DNA of 64,000 bases, from the NCBI RefSeq assembly GCF_016903815.1, contig NZ_CP069973.1; one strand, 5' to 3'. A program made the position numbers and the translations under genes. Below the pieces are notes generated by a model, which did not search any database, was not told the DNA's origin, and saw only the letters and a list, made by a program, of their open reading frames with translations. Shown here in pieces: positions 8,731 through 19,464 of this stretch (position 1 is its first letter; each line of letters begins with the position of its first letter). This DNA is from Escherichia coli. Its GTDB lineage: Bacteria; Pseudomonadota; Gammaproteobacteria; Enterobacterales; Enterobacteriaceae.

Positions 8731-9104
8731 ATGAAAACATTACCTGTATTACCCGGGCAGGCGGCCAGTTCTCGCCCGTCTCCTGTTGAAATCTGGCAGA
8801 TACTGCTGTCCCGACTGCTGGACCAGCACTATGGCCTCACACTGAATGACACACCTTTTGCCGATGAACGTGTGATTGAGCAGCATATTGAGGCAGGCAT
8901 TTCACTGTGTGATGCGGTGAACTTTCTCGTGGAAAAATACGCGCTGGTGCTACCGACCAGCCGGGATTCAGCGCCTGTACCCGCTCTCAGTTAATAAACA
9001 GCATCGATATCCTCCGGGCTCGCAGGGCGACCGGCCTGATGACCCGCGACAATTACAGAACGGTAAATAACATTACCCTGGGTAAGTATCCGGAGGCGAA
9101 ATGA
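8731..9104 (+). pseudogene. cbtA: CbtA/YeeV-family toxin interrupted by a 1-bp frameshift
   Basis: First 73 codons read as CbtA ([23 protein letters not shown]...EKYALV); frame breaks near 8950 (GTGCTACC where GTGCGTACC is expected); the +1 frame continues [51 protein letters not shown] to TGA 9102-9104. Confidence 0.7.
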
Positions 9105-9295
9105 TGACACTGGAAGCCGACAGCGTTAACGTACAGGCGCTGGATATGGGGCACATTGTCGTTGACATTGATGGTGTTAATATCACTGAACTGATTAATA
9201 AGGCCGCTGAAAACGGTTATTCACTCCGCGTGGTGGATGACCGTGACTCTACCGAAACACCGGCAACTTATGCCAGCCCTCACCAGTTGCTGTAA
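9101..9295 (+). CDS. yeeW: YeeW-like small protein, 64 aa
   Basis: ATG overlaps the restored cbtA stop (ATGATGA); sequence MMTLEADSVNVQALDMGHIVVDIDGVNITELINKAAENGY. Confidence 0.6.
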   Translation: MMTLEADSVNVQALDMGHIVVDIDGVNITELINKAAENGYSLRVVDDRDSTETPATYASPHQLL

Positions 9296-9451
9296 GACAA
9301 TGCAGTGATGCAGGGTATAGTGCCATTAACCACAGAAACAGCACTGTTGTCCTGTATTAAGCAGGCAAGAGAAGATGTCCTTACCCTGCGCCATCTGCAG
9401 CTTCTGCACCAGAACCGGTGAATCTCACTCAACAGGCTTCATTTCCCCTGA

Positions 9452-9480
9452 CGCCAGCCTGAATACAGCTGGCGTTTTCA
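9452..9480 (+). terminator. Rho-independent terminator after the toxin-antitoxin module
   Basis: Stem CGCCAGC / GCTGGCG followed by TTTTCATTT. Confidence 0.6.
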
Positions 9481-9579
9481 TTTATAAACAGAAAGGAAAA
9501 CCGATAATAATGGAATGGACGCCCCGACCATGAAGCAACGGTAGGATATTACTGATAAACCTTCCAGTGGAGGTGCGTT

Positions 9580-9660
9580 ATGGCCGTTTTAACGATTAGC
9601 ATTGACCTGACAAAAAATGAATTCCAAATCCACGGTCTGGGTAGGAACAGAAAAATCTAA
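9580..9660 (+). pseudogene. N-terminal fragment of an IS110-family transposase (yoeD-like remnant)
   Basis: 26-codon ORF MAVLTISIDLTKNEFQIHGLGRNRKI resembles the IGIDLGKNSFHIH N-terminus of IS110-family transposases; truncated by a stop. Confidence 0.4.
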
Positions 9661-9735
9661 GCTCAGAAAACGGATTAAAGTAAGCGTCAACGGAGCACCG
9701 TATTGACGCTTATTTATTGGTGAGAACTACGTTCC

Positions 9736-10092
9736 ATGGCAGGAGTTCGTCAACACGGTTGGAGGGCCATTCCGGCAGTATGCTCAGAATATGGCGCAGA
9801 TACGCTTCCGGATCGATACCGTTCAGACGGCAGGTGCCTGCTTTTCCGGCAACAAGCAGGAATCTCAGCGCTGAAGCAGGAATTAGAGGTAAAAACGCCC
9901 TACCGGGCCATGAATCACCCGGTCATTGGAGTAGTAACCAAAGCAGATTTAGCCAGCATGGAACAAATATCTTTGGTGAAAAGTTGGTTACGGGAAGCTG
10001 GAGCGCACAACGTGTTAGTAACCAGTGCAGTTAATAACAATGGAGTTACAGAACTTTTTGCCTTGCTGCATACAGAAGAAGGCTGTTGTTAA
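9736..10092 (+). pseudogene. yoeF: EutP/PduV-like GTPase C-terminal fragment (yoeF-like remnant)
   Basis: 118-aa ORF whose second half (VIGVVTKADLA...VTSAVNNNGVTELFALLHTEE) resembles the EutP/PduV C-terminus; the N-terminal part has no GTPase motifs. Confidence 0.45.
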
Positions 10093-10192
10093 TTTCGATT
10101 GGTTCTCAGATGAGAATGATGACGGTGATACACAGATAAGAATCAATGAGCAATGAGGGTTGCCGGGCAACCCTCATTGAATAAAACGGGAA

Positions 10193-10522
10193 TTACTTCG
10201 CTTCGCCGTTTTTCATTTCGCCCATAGCTTTCAGCTTTTTGGAGATATCGCGGCGTTCTTTGGAGAGCTCGGCATTTTTGATGATGTAATCGTCAACGCG
10301 ATCTTCATAGTCACCTTTCATGCTGGCGATGATGCCCTGGATTGCTTCAACGCTCATCCCTGGCTTGATGTAATCGCTCAGGTTGTCCAGCAACAGGACG
10401 CGCTTCTGGTTGTCACGGATCTTTTTCTCAACGTCCTGAATTTCACGTTGCAGTTTGTTCTTACGACGGAACAGACGAACAAATTCCAGTACGTCCTGGA
10501 ATGAAGGCTTGGTAGTTTCCAT
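10193..10522 (-). CDS. yeeX: UPF0265/DUF496 protein YeeX, 109 aa
   Basis: Start taken at [11 protein letters not shown] within the longer ORF; conserved core gene. Confidence 0.85.
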   Translation of the reverse strand: METTKPSFQDVLEFVRLFRRKNKLQREIQDVEKKIRDNQKRVLLLDNLSDYIKPGMSVEAIQGIIASMKGDYEDRVDDYIIKNAELSKERRDISKKLKAMGEMKNGEAK

Positions 10523-10693
10523 TTTTATACCCCTGATAATGTGAGAGTCGGATTCGTTTAAGCAACCGCTATTCGTTAGGGCCAACATTACTCATAGCTG
10601 CCGCAGATGACAATGCTTTTATCCCTTTTCACTATCATACCCTTTATCCTTGCTGAATCGAAGCAGCAGCAAGATGATTCTGAAGTTCAGGAA

Positions 10694-11752
10694 TTATTTG
10701 CGCAAGGCCCGGCAAATCAGATTCGATAGCAACTCAAGCTGATGTGCCGTTTCCATGTTCAGCCACACATAACCATAGATTGGTGTTTCCACAACCTTCA
10801 GGTCATGGTGGTTATCGAGCAACTGACGCAGCTCTTCCACAGCATCGTTCAATTTTTCCGTATTGGCAAAAACCGGCTGCGGATTACCTTCGTACAGCGC
10901 ATGAACAAGGCTCAGCAGTATTTGCTGCATCATGTGCTGGGTATCACGAAGTTTTTGCGCGTTCAATAACACGAAATGGCTGGGGCGCGTGGCCCAGTAC
11001 GCATTGATTTGCAACTCCAGCATACAAACCAGATTGCGGTTAATGGTCTGGATACCTTCATATATCGATTTGGGAATACGGGTTTCTTTGCTGGCGGGCG
11101 CAATCAGCCCACGCATTTTCACGGCATCGGTCAGCAGTTTTTGTAGATGGCTTTCCAGACGTGGGCGTTCGAGTAAGTTCGGTGAGAATGCAGATTGATA
11201 GACCCGATTATACTCGGTCAGACTTTTCGCCAGTTGAATGCGCCAGTGGATGAACGCCCGTTGTGGCCAGATACCGGTAAACAACATTGCCAGTAAAGAG
11301 CCGAGGATCACATCGCCGCTTCGCCATAACGCCGTATCAATTTCACCTGTCGGGGAACCCACAACAATTGCCAGCGTCACCCCAATCAATAATCCTTGAT
11401 ACGGTTTCTTGCCCAGCGCCAGCCAACCGCAAAGAAACATCGCCGCCGCGCACCAGACTAACATCAGCGGTAACGAAATTAACTCCAGTTGCAGAGCGAT
11501 AAGACCTAAAATCGACCCCAACACCGTACCGCCAATACGTTCGAAGGCACGAGGGACAACGTTCCCCCAGAACGAGATTGGCCCCATAATCACCACCATG
11601 GTGACCAGCGGCCAGGTGCTTTCCGGGATAGTAAACAGGCGGATAATGAGAAAAGTGAGCAGGAATGCCAGCGCGACCCGAGTACCATGCACAATGCGGT
11701 AATGGCGGTATACCCGGATTTCAAACGGGCTTAATGACTTATCGGCACGCAC
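10694..11752 (-). CDS. yeeA: Inner membrane protein YeeA (FUSC-like), 352 aa
   Basis: Full-length hydrophobic N-terminal half; size and position as in the core gene order. Confidence 0.85.
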   Translation of the reverse strand: MRADKSLSPFEIRVYRHYRIVHGTRVALAFLLTFLIIRLFTIPESTWPLVTMVVIMGPISFWGNVVPRAFERIGGTVLGSILGLIALQLELISLPLMLVWCAAAMFLCGWLALGKKPYQGLLIGVTLAIVVGSPTGEIDTALWRSGDVILGSLLAMLFTGIWPQRAFIHWRIQLAKSLTEYNRVYQSAFSPNLLERPRLESHLQKLLTDAVKMRGLIAPASKETRIPKSIYEGIQTINRNLVCMLELQINAYWATRPSHFVLLNAQKLRDTQHMMQQILLSLVHALYEGNPQPVFANTEKLNDAVEELRQLLDNHHDLKVVETPIYGYVWLNMETAHQLELLSNLICRALRK

Positions 11753-11949
11753 TCAGAAACTCCGTAATGAAGATGAAAAGCGCTCATAACACATCTGTCG
11801 GCCAGAAGGCGCGCCTCTGAGTTATCCGACGGACATACCGGGAACAGTGTAATTTCCCGGCAGGAGCGAAAAATTTGAAAGGCGTATCTTACTCTTTTCG
11901 CTTTCAAAAAAAGAGTGGTCTTCGCGTTAACACACCGCCCTGAGATGAA

Positions 11950-12423
11950 TTAGTGATGTTTTGGCTGCACCGCAACATACATTTCGATATCCCAGTACCC
12001 ATCTTCCGCGCCATTGTTCAAGTAAACCTCGAAGCAGGGCTTTGGTAACATTTCATAAGCACTGTCCTGCAAGAGGCTATTAAAGAACTGATACCAGGGT
12101 TTAGCAAAATCATCACCGACTACACGAGCCACCGCCACCGCATATTGACCACCTGAAATTTCTGTCAGAATGACGCCCTCACTGTTTTCGGGGAGCGTAA
12201 AGTTATTCGGTACCGTCACGACGGTGTCGCAGCGTAATTTTTCGGCGGGTGTTTCATCCGGATTGTCGTAATAGACAGCAACCCACTCCTTCGGCACAAT
12301 ATTTTTGCTATCTACCCACATCATCAACTGCTCAAAACCTTTCTTTACCGTCTGTTCCCACGGGCCAACGAGATGGAAACCTGCAACGGTACGTTTCTCT
12401 TCCTGCTTAATCTCGTAGTTCAT
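11950..12423 (-). CDS. sbmC: DNA gyrase inhibitor SbmC (GyrI), 157 aa
   Basis: Sequence [25 protein letters not shown] and length match SbmC. Confidence 0.9.
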   Translation of the reverse strand: MNYEIKQEEKRTVAGFHLVGPWEQTVKKGFEQLMMWVDSKNIVPKEWVAVYYDNPDETPAEKLRCDTVVTVPNNFTLPENSEGVILTEISGGQYAVAVARVVGDDFAKPWYQFFNSLLQDSAYEMLPKPCFEVYLNNGAEDGYWDIEMYVAVQPKHH

Positions 12424-12541
12424 GACGCCTCCATTGATGCTGTTTTTATATACAGTATAGTTGCAAAATTAAAACCACAAGGAATGAGTGTTGATTATGC
12501 GAGCAGACTCGCACTCCTGCCAGTCTGCTGCAAAAGAAAGG

Positions 12542-13714
12542 TCAGGCCTTATGGTGGAAATAATCACTCAGGCGAGAAAACATGCTGCCTTCCCCGACAG
12601 ATTCCAGGGTAACCAGCGGCCAGTGCGCCACCTGTTTATCACGGTCGTAAAGTTCAATTTCCCCTACCCGCTGATGGGCGCTAATTGGCGCGGTGAGCTC
12701 TTTACCATCAAGGGTATATTTGGCTTTGATATGTGGAATTTCGGCTTTCGGTAGCACCATCCAGAACTCTTGTTCCGTTCCCAGGTCGATATTTTCTTTA
12801 TCGCCATACCAGATGCGTTCCGTTCCGACCTTTTTCCCACGGTGCAAAATTTGCACCGTAGTAAAGTTTTGTTGCCCCCAACGCAGTAATTTTCTTGCCT
12901 CTTCCTCACGACCTTTTGCACTGTCAGCCCCCATTACCACTGCAATGAGACGACGCTGCCCATCTACAGCCGAAGCAATGAGATTAAACCCGGCACCAGA
13001 AGTATGACCCGTTTTCAGGCCGTCAACATTCATGGTTTTATCCCACAACAACCCGTTACGGTTTTGCTGGGTGATACCGTTCCAGGTGAGACTTTTCTCA
13101 CTGTACATATGATAAAACTCGGGCTCGCCGTGGATGATAGCGCGAGAAAGCACAGCTAAATCATAAGCCGAGCTATGCTGGCCAGGTGCATCCAGACCAT
13201 GCACTGTTTCAAAATGCGTATCCTTGAGATGCAGCTTCTCGGCATAGTTGTTCATCATTTCAACAAACTGCCGTTGCCCACCGGCAATATAGTCAGCCAG
13301 AGCAACACAAGCGTCATTTCCGGAATCCACAATTAAACCACGGCTTAAATCACGTACCGATACGCGATCGCCCTCTTTCAAAAACATCAGTGAAGAACCG
13401 ACAAACACCGGATTATCTTTCGCCCACGCATCGCGCCCCACGGTGACAATATCGTCTGGCGTAATGCGATGACTATCGATAGCGCGATCCACGACATAAC
13501 CCGTCATCAGCTTTGTCAGGCTGGCGGGATTGCGCTGTTGATGCTCATTAACCGCGGTGAGGATCTGACCGGTGGTGTAATCCATCAATACCCAGGACCC
13601 GGCATGAATCTCTGGAGGCTGAGGTGAAAAAGGAATGTTTTCCGCCGCAAAACCAGACGATAAGTTAAAAACGAACAAAGAAGCAGCAATAATAAGACGG
13701 CGTTTCAACAGCAA
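12542..13714 (-). CDS. dacD: D-alanyl-D-alanine carboxypeptidase DacD (PBP6b)
   Basis: Signal peptide plus SxxK motif (ASLTKLMT); position between sbmC and sbcB. Confidence 0.9.
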   Translation of the reverse strand: MLLKRRLIIAASLFVFNLSSGFAAENIPFSPQPPEIHAGSWVLMDYTTGQILTAVNEHQQRNPASLTKLMTGYVVDRAIDSHRITPDDIVTVGRDAWAKDNPVFVGSSLMFLKEGDRVSVRDLSRGLIVDSGNDACVALADYIAGGQRQFVEMMNNYAEKLHLKDTHFETVHGLDAPGQHSSAYDLAVLSRAIIHGEPEFYHMYSEKSLTWNGITQQNRNGLLWDKTMNVDGLKTGHTSGAGFNLIASAVDGQRRLIAVVMGADSAKGREEEARKLLRWGQQNFTTVQILHRGKKVGTERIWYGDKENIDLGTEQEFWMVLPKAEIPHIKAKYTLDGKELTAPISAHQRVGEIELYDRDKQVAHWPLVTLESVGEGSMFSRLSDYFHHKA

Positions 13715-13916
13715 ACCCTCAGGAGTTTCAAATAGCTGTTCTTTTTACGGAAATACTTATGAACTGGCTGGAATAAAGTGCAAGAAAATGTGACTACCCT
13801 CTCATTTTTATCTGACATGATCTGTTGCCACTCGCTGCCAAATTGTGGCGCTAAAGCTGATTAGCACGGTGATATTTGATACTCTGGCAGACAGCAGAAA
13901 TAACGGATTTAACCTA

Positions 13917-15344
13917 ATGATGAATGACGGTAAGCAACAATCTACCTTTTTGTTTCACGATTACGAAACCTTTGGAACGCACCCCGCGTTAGATCGCCCT
14001 GCACAGTTCGCAGCCATTCGCACTGATAACGAATTCAATGTAATCGGCGAACCCGAAGTCTTTTACTGCAAGCCCGCGGATGACTATTTACCCCAGCCTG
14101 GAGCAGTATTAATTACCGGTATTACCCCGCAGGAAGCACGGGCGAAAGGAGAAAACGAAGCCACGTTTGCCGCCCGTATTCACTCGCTTTTTACCGTACC
14201 GAAGACCTGTATTCTGGGCTACAACAATGTGCGTTTCGACGACGAAGTCACACGCAACGTTTTTTATCGTAATTTCTACGATCCTTACGCCTGGAGCTGG
14301 CAGCATGATAACTCGCGCTGGGATTTACTGGATGTTATGCGTGCCTGTTATGCCCTGCGCCCGGAAGGAATAAACTGGCCTGAAAATGATGACGGTCTAC
14401 CGAGCTTTCGCCTTGAGCATTTAACCAAAGCGAATGGTATTGAACATAGCAACGCCCACGATGCGATGGCTGATGTGTACGCCACTATTGCGATGGCGAA
14501 ACTGGTAAAAACGCGTCAGCCACGTCTGTTTGATTATCTCTTTACCCATCGTAATAAACACAAACTGATGGCGTTGATTGATGTTCCGCAGATGAAACCC
14601 CTGGTTCACGTTTCCGGAATGTTTGGGGCATGGCGTGGCAATACCAGCTGGGTGGCACCGCTGGCGTGGCATCCTGAAAATCGCAATGTCGTAATTATGG
14701 TGGATTTGGCAGGAGACATTTCGCCATTACTGGAGCTGGATAGCGACACATTGCGCGAGCGTTTATATACCGCAAAAGCCGATCTTGGCGATAACGCCGC
14801 CGTTCCGGTTAAGCTGGTGCACATCAATAAATGTCCGGTACTGGCCCAGGCGAATACGCTACGCCCGGAAGATGCCGACCGACTGGGAATTAATCGTCAG
14901 CATTGCCTCGATAACCTAAAAATTCTGCGTGAAAATCCGCAAGTGCGTGAAAAAGTGGTGGCGATATTCGCGGAAGCCGAACCGTTTACGCCTTCAGATA
15001 ACGTGGATGCACAGCTTTATAACGGCTTTTTCAGTGACGCCGATCGTGCAGCAATGAAAATTGTGCTGGAAACCGAGCCGCGTAATTTACCGGCACTGGA
15101 TATCACTTTTGTTGATAAACGAATTGAAAAACTGTTGTTCAATTATCGGGCGCGCAACTTCCCGGGGACGCTGGATTATGCCGAGCAGCAACGCTGGCTT
15201 GAGCACCGCCGCCAGGTCTTCACGCCAGAGTTTTTGCAGGGCTACGCTGATGAATTGCAGATGCTGGCACAACAGTATGCCGATGACAAAGAGAAAGTGG
15301 CGCTGTTAAAAGCGCTTTGGCAGTACGCGGAAGAGATCGTCTAA
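13917..15344 (+). CDS. sbcB: Exodeoxyribonuclease I SbcB, 475 aa
   Basis: Start at ATG 13917 (MMNDGKQQSTFLFHDYETFG); DnaQ-like exonuclease motifs. Confidence 0.92.
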   Translation: MMNDGKQQSTFLFHDYETFGTHPALDRPAQFAAIRTDNEFNVIGEPEVFYCKPADDYLPQPGAVLITGITPQEARAKGENEATFAARIHSLFTVPKTCILGYNNVRFDDEVTRNVFYRNFYDPYAWSWQHDNSRWDLLDVMRACYALRPEGINWPENDDGLPSFRLEHLTKANGIEHSNAHDAMADVYATIAMAKLVKTRQPRLFDYLFTHRNKHKLMALIDVPQMKPLVHVSGMFGAWRGNTSWVAPLAWHPENRNVVIMVDLAGDISPLLELDSDTLRERLYTAKADLGDNAAVPVKLVHINKCPVLAQANTLRPEDADRLGINRQHCLDNLKILRENPQVREKVVAIFAEAEPFTPSDNVDAQLYNGFFSDADRAAMKIVLETEPRNLPALDITFVDKRIEKLLFNYRARNFPGTLDYAEQQRWLEHRRQVFTPEFLQGYADELQMLAQQYADDKEKVALLKALWQYAEEIV

Positions 15345-15351
15345 TTTGAAG

Positions 15352-15376
15352 CCTCCGCCGCTGGTACGGCGGAGGA
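15352..15376. terminator. Bidirectional hairpin between convergent sbcB and yeeD
   Basis: Stem CCTCCGCCG / CGGCGGAGG between the two stop codons. Confidence 0.55.
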
Positions 15377-15386
15377 CAATGTTGAG

Positions 15387-15614
15387 TCAGGCTTTTTGAA
15401 CGGTGATGCTCCACGCTGCATCGCCAATCTGCTGATAATCGGTGATGGCATGTCCTTCTTCTGCCGCCCACTGTGGGATTGCTTCAGTTGCCTGGGTGCA
15501 ATCAAACTCAATTACCAACTCATCGCCGCTGGCCATTTCTGCCAGTGCTGCTTTTGCTTCTATGAGTGGAAACGGACAGACCTGCGTCACCACATCCAGC
15601 TTTTTAATCGCCAT
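15387..15614 (-). CDS. yeeD: TusA-like sulfurtransferase YeeD, 75 aa
   Basis: CPFP motif (VVTQVCPFPLIEAK). Confidence 0.9.
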   Translation of the reverse strand: MAIKKLDVVTQVCPFPLIEAKAALAEMASGDELVIEFDCTQATEAIPQWAAEEGHAITDYQQIGDAAWSITVQKA

Positions 15615-15627
15615 CTTTACACCTTAC

Positions 15628-16686
15628 TTAATTTGCCGCAGCAGTTGCCAGTCGCGCCTTACGCTGCGGTCGAACATACACAAGCCAGGACGCAGTCCAG
15701 ACTCCGAGAATCATAAATACAAGGCCAATCCAGCCCTGCCAGGTCATCATTGCAGTCATGACCAGTCCATTACCGATAGAGCAACCACCTGCAATGCTGG
15801 CACCGAAGCCCATCAGTACACCACCTAACCCGCTACGTAATGTTGTTTGTGCATCAGCAGCGCGAACGCGGAACTCACGGCTCGCTTTGGCGGCAATAAA
15901 TGACCCCACGAAGATCCCTAACACCAGGAAAACGCCCCAGTTAATGTATTTCACGTCACCCGCGACCAGAAATTGCAGAATATTGGCCGTTGGGGAAGTG
16001 ATGCCTAACCCAAACATACGTCCGGTTGCTTCACTCAGGGGCCAGGCTAAAAGCGCAATCAAACCGATGAGTACAGCTGTGACAAAGGGATGCCAGCGTT
16101 TTTCAAACAGAATATGAGCGATCCCGGTTCGGCGCGGCGGTAAGGTCGCGACTTTGAGTTTTGGCTTCTTCAACTCTTTCATCACCACCCAGAGCGTTAT
16201 CACCAGCAAAACGGCAACCAACGGCCACACAGACAAATTAAAAGTATCAGCAATAGAGTTATGTTCAGTAGTGTAGTGCTGCAAGGTTTGATTTAAACCA
16301 CTGGCGTGTGGAGAACGCATCACCGCACTCATCACCATATAAGTGAAAAGCGCGATCCAACTGCCGATCAATCCCTCACCCGCGCGATACCAGGTCCCGG
16401 TGGCACATCCACCCGCCAGAACAATTCCCAGCCCGAAAAGATACCCACCTATAACAGTACCAAGCCACGGGAACGCCCCGGCTTCGTAAGTCAGTAGGCC
16501 CGCCTGAATTAACGCAAAAACCCCCACGCTTTGTACCGAAATTGCAATCAGCAAGGCGTAAAACATGCGATTATTTTTCGCGATATACATATCGCGAAAA
16601 CCACCTGTCAGGCAAAAACGCCCACGCTGCATGACAAATCCCAGCAGAGCACCACAAATTAGCCCGCTTAATATCATTGAAAACAT
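15628..16686 (-). CDS. yeeE: Thiosulfate transporter-like membrane protein YeeE, 352 aa
   Basis: Polytopic membrane protein directly upstream of yeeD. Confidence 0.9.
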   Translation of the reverse strand: MFSMILSGLICGALLGFVMQRGRFCLTGGFRDMYIAKNNRMFYALLIAISVQSVGVFALIQAGLLTYEAGAFPWLGTVIGGYLFGLGIVLAGGCATGTWYRAGEGLIGSWIALFTYMVMSAVMRSPHASGLNQTLQHYTTEHNSIADTFNLSVWPLVAVLLVITLWVVMKELKKPKLKVATLPPRRTGIAHILFEKRWHPFVTAVLIGLIALLAWPLSEATGRMFGLGITSPTANILQFLVAGDVKYINWGVFLVLGIFVGSFIAAKASREFRVRAADAQTTLRSGLGGVLMGFGASIAGGCSIGNGLVMTAMMTWQGWIGLVFMILGVWTASWLVYVRPQRKARLATAAAN

Positions 16687-16864
16687 AAATTAATTAACCA
16701 GATGAATGTTAATGAGGAAATTATTCATGACTGGTGGAATGCAGACCAATAACCAAATTCTCTAAATTAGAACAAATGGTTATTAATGAGGATTTCGATA
16801 AAAAAGAATAAAAAAACCGGAGCCAAATATTCATTCGACTCCGGTTGATTATTAGAAAAGATGA

Positions 16865-18223
16865 TTATGCTACGTCTTCGTACTGCGGAACCGGGTTACG
16901 GAAGCTCTTGGTGACGCAAGCCAGGTAAATCAGGCCGATAGCCGCCCAGATCAGACCCAGAACCATTGAGCTTTCTTCCAGGTTAACCCACAGCGCACCA
17001 ACGGTCAGCGCACCACACATCGGCAGGAACAGATACTGGAAGTGATCTTTCAGCGTCTTGTTACGCTTCTCACGGATCCAGAACTGCGAGATGACCGACA
17101 GGTTAACGAAGGTGAACGCCACCAACGCACCAAAGTTGATCAGCGCCGTAGCCATTACCAGGTCGAAGTTGATTGCCAGCAGGGCAATCGCGCCAACCAG
17201 GATGATGTTCATTGCCGGAGTACGCCATTTCGGGTGAACATAACCGAAGAAGCTTTTCGGGAATACGCCGTCACGCCCCATTACGTACATCAGACGCGCA
17301 ACGCCTGCATGCGCCGCCATACCGGACGCCAGTACGGTAATGGTGGAGAAGATCAGCGCACCAACCTGGAATGCTTTACCTGCAACATACAGCATGATTT
17401 CAGGCTGTGACGCATCCGGATCTTTAAAGCGAGAGATATCCGGGAAGTACAGCTGCAGGAAGTAAGTTGCAAAGATGAAGATCATGCCGCCAATCAGCGC
17501 GGTCAGGAAAATCGCACGCGGGATCACGCGCTCTGCATCTTTGGTTTCTTCCGACAGGTTGCTGATGCCGTCAAAGCCGGTAAAGGAGAAGCACAGGATT
17601 GTCGCCCCGGTAATCATCGGGATAACATGCGCATCGCCAGACCAGAACGGACGAGTGCTCGCCAGCGTACCAGCGCCTTCACCTTCAAATACGCCATAAA
17701 CAACCATGCCCAGAATCACCGCGATCAGCACTACCTGCAACACGACGATTACAGTGTTGAAGTTCGCTACGGATTTCAGACTACGCAGGTTAAAGGCGGT
17801 CATAAAGGCCACCAGCGCCACCACAAACATCCACGATGGGATGGAAGGCACCAGAGCTTCAAAATAGATTTTCGCCAGCAGAATGTTGATCATCGGCGCG
17901 AACAGATAGTCGAGCAGAGAAGACCAACCCACCATAAAGCCGACAGTCGGGCTAATGGATTTCTGGGCGTAAGTGTATGCAGAGCCAGCAGAAGGATAGC
18001 GGCGAACCAGCTTCCCGTAGCTCAGAGCCGTAAACAGGATCGCAATCAATGCGAACGCATAGGCTGTCGGCACATGACCATCCGTGAGGCCTGAAACGAT
18101 ACCAAAAGTATCAAACAGCGTCATCGGCTGCATATAGGCAAGACCCATCATTACAACCGGAACTAACGTAAGCGTTTTACGCAATTCCACGCGAGAGGTG
18201 TTTGGAGTAACGTTATGCGACAT
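16865..18223 (-). CDS. plaP: Putrescine importer PlaP (YeeF), APC family
   Basis: Start taken at [16 protein letters not shown]; amino-acid permease topology. Confidence 0.9.
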   Translation of the reverse strand: MSHNVTPNTSRVELRKTLTLVPVVMMGLAYMQPMTLFDTFGIVSGLTDGHVPTAYAFALIAILFTALSYGKLVRRYPSAGSAYTYAQKSISPTVGFMVGWSSLLDYLFAPMINILLAKIYFEALVPSIPSWMFVVALVAFMTAFNLRSLKSVANFNTVIVVLQVVLIAVILGMVVYGVFEGEGAGTLASTRPFWSGDAHVIPMITGATILCFSFTGFDGISNLSEETKDAERVIPRAIFLTALIGGMIFIFATYFLQLYFPDISRFKDPDASQPEIMLYVAGKAFQVGALIFSTITVLASGMAAHAGVARLMYVMGRDGVFPKSFFGYVHPKWRTPAMNIILVGAIALLAINFDLVMATALINFGALVAFTFVNLSVISQFWIREKRNKTLKDHFQYLFLPMCGALTVGALWVNLEESSMVLGLIWAAIGLIYLACVTKSFRNPVPQYEDVA

Positions 18224-18489
18224 GGTCATTCTCCTTTACGGTGATAACCGTCGCGTAAGCAAAAAATTGCCCCATTTTTTTGGATTCCTCAGCGACAACA
18301 ACTGTCGATTTTTAGTAAATATCTATCCGGTACGAAGCCCGGCCTCTTGGTATGAATGATTGGTTTGAAGCAAAAAATAACCGACGCTGATGAAACGTCG
18401 GTTTTTAGTCATTTTTTGACAGCGGCGCATTGTGCCTAAATGGGGGGGAAATGACAAGAGAATGAGAGGCTTGTCATAATAATTTTTCT

Positions 18490-19419
18490 TTAAATGGCTG
18501 ATTTTCCGTCATCAGATTTTGCATAAACACCGGCGATCGCACTATTTGCTAAAATTTCATCTCGCCACCAGCCGCTGGCAAGCCCTGCGGTCTGTTCGTT
18601 CCAGCCAATCCAGACGGGTTCAAAGAGAGTTTGGGCGACTACTTTCTTCTCGATTAACGCGCCACTATCGAGAAAACGTTGCGCCAGATAACGGGGTAAA
18701 TAGCCGCAGCCAAGGCCGCTAATTTGCAGCTCCAGCTTGGTTTTAAAATCGAAAACGGTAATGGCTTCTTGTTCGTCGAGAAGTTGTGAGGCCGTAGAAG
18801 CGCCGGCCTGTGCAGTGTCCCCCACCACAATCGCCCGATATCGTTTAATGATACGACGGTTTAACGGTTCTTCTTCTAGGGCTAACGGATGATGAGGCGC
18901 GACCGCAAAGACTTGTTCCAGATCGCCCAACCGCGAGAAACCAAACTCACTGGAAGATGGTGGCTCATGCATCGCGCCAACAATAATATCCGCTCGCCCC
19001 TGAGTCAGGGCATCCCAGGAACCACCGAGTACGCCATTGATAAACTTCAGGCGCGTCACGCTATGATGTTGATAAAAAGCTTCAATCAGTGGCGCAAGCA
19101 GAGAAAAAGGAAACGTGTCGTCCACGCCAATCACCAGCTCGTTTTCCCAGCCTTCATGCAGTTTGATCGCCTGCTTTTCCAGTTCTCGCACGGTATGCAG
19201 AACTTCCCGCCCTTTCTCTAATAACATTTTTCCGGTATGGGTGAATTTAGCGCGGTGACCGCTACGATCAAGCAATTGAATATTAAGGTCGCTTTCCAGC
19301 TTGTGAACGGTGTAACTCAGAGCGGACGGCGTCTTATAGAGTTTGGCCGACGCCGCCGCAAAACTGCCTTCTTTTTCTAAGGCATCGAGGATCATCAACA
19401 CATCCAGCAGTGGTTTCAT
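18490..19419 (-). CDS. yeeY: LysR-family transcriptional regulator YeeY
   Basis: N-terminal helix-turn-helix; start taken at MKPLLDVL. Confidence 0.85.
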   Translation of the reverse strand: MKPLLDVLMILDALEKEGSFAAASAKLYKTPSALSYTVHKLESDLNIQLLDRSGHRAKFTHTGKMLLEKGREVLHTVRELEKQAIKLHEGWENELVIGVDDTFPFSLLAPLIEAFYQHHSVTRLKFINGVLGGSWDALTQGRADIIVGAMHEPPSSSEFGFSRLGDLEQVFAVAPHHPLALEEEPLNRRIIKRYRAIVVGDTAQAGASTASQLLDEQEAITVFDFKTKLELQISGLGCGYLPRYLAQRFLDSGALIEKKVVAQTLFEPVWIGWNEQTAGLASGWWRDEILANSAIAGVYAKSDDGKSAI

Positions 19420-19464
19420 ACACGCCCCCTTGCAGTGCATGCGGCGTCCTGCTGGCGTGATCGT

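Noticed and set aside
10151..10179. Hairpin CAATGAGGGTTGCCGGGCAACCCTCATTG just after the yeeX stop, considered as a terminator
   Set aside because: A perfect stem is present but there is no adjacent T-run on either strand, so function as an intrinsic terminator is unsupported; it may be a REP-like or protein-binding palindrome.
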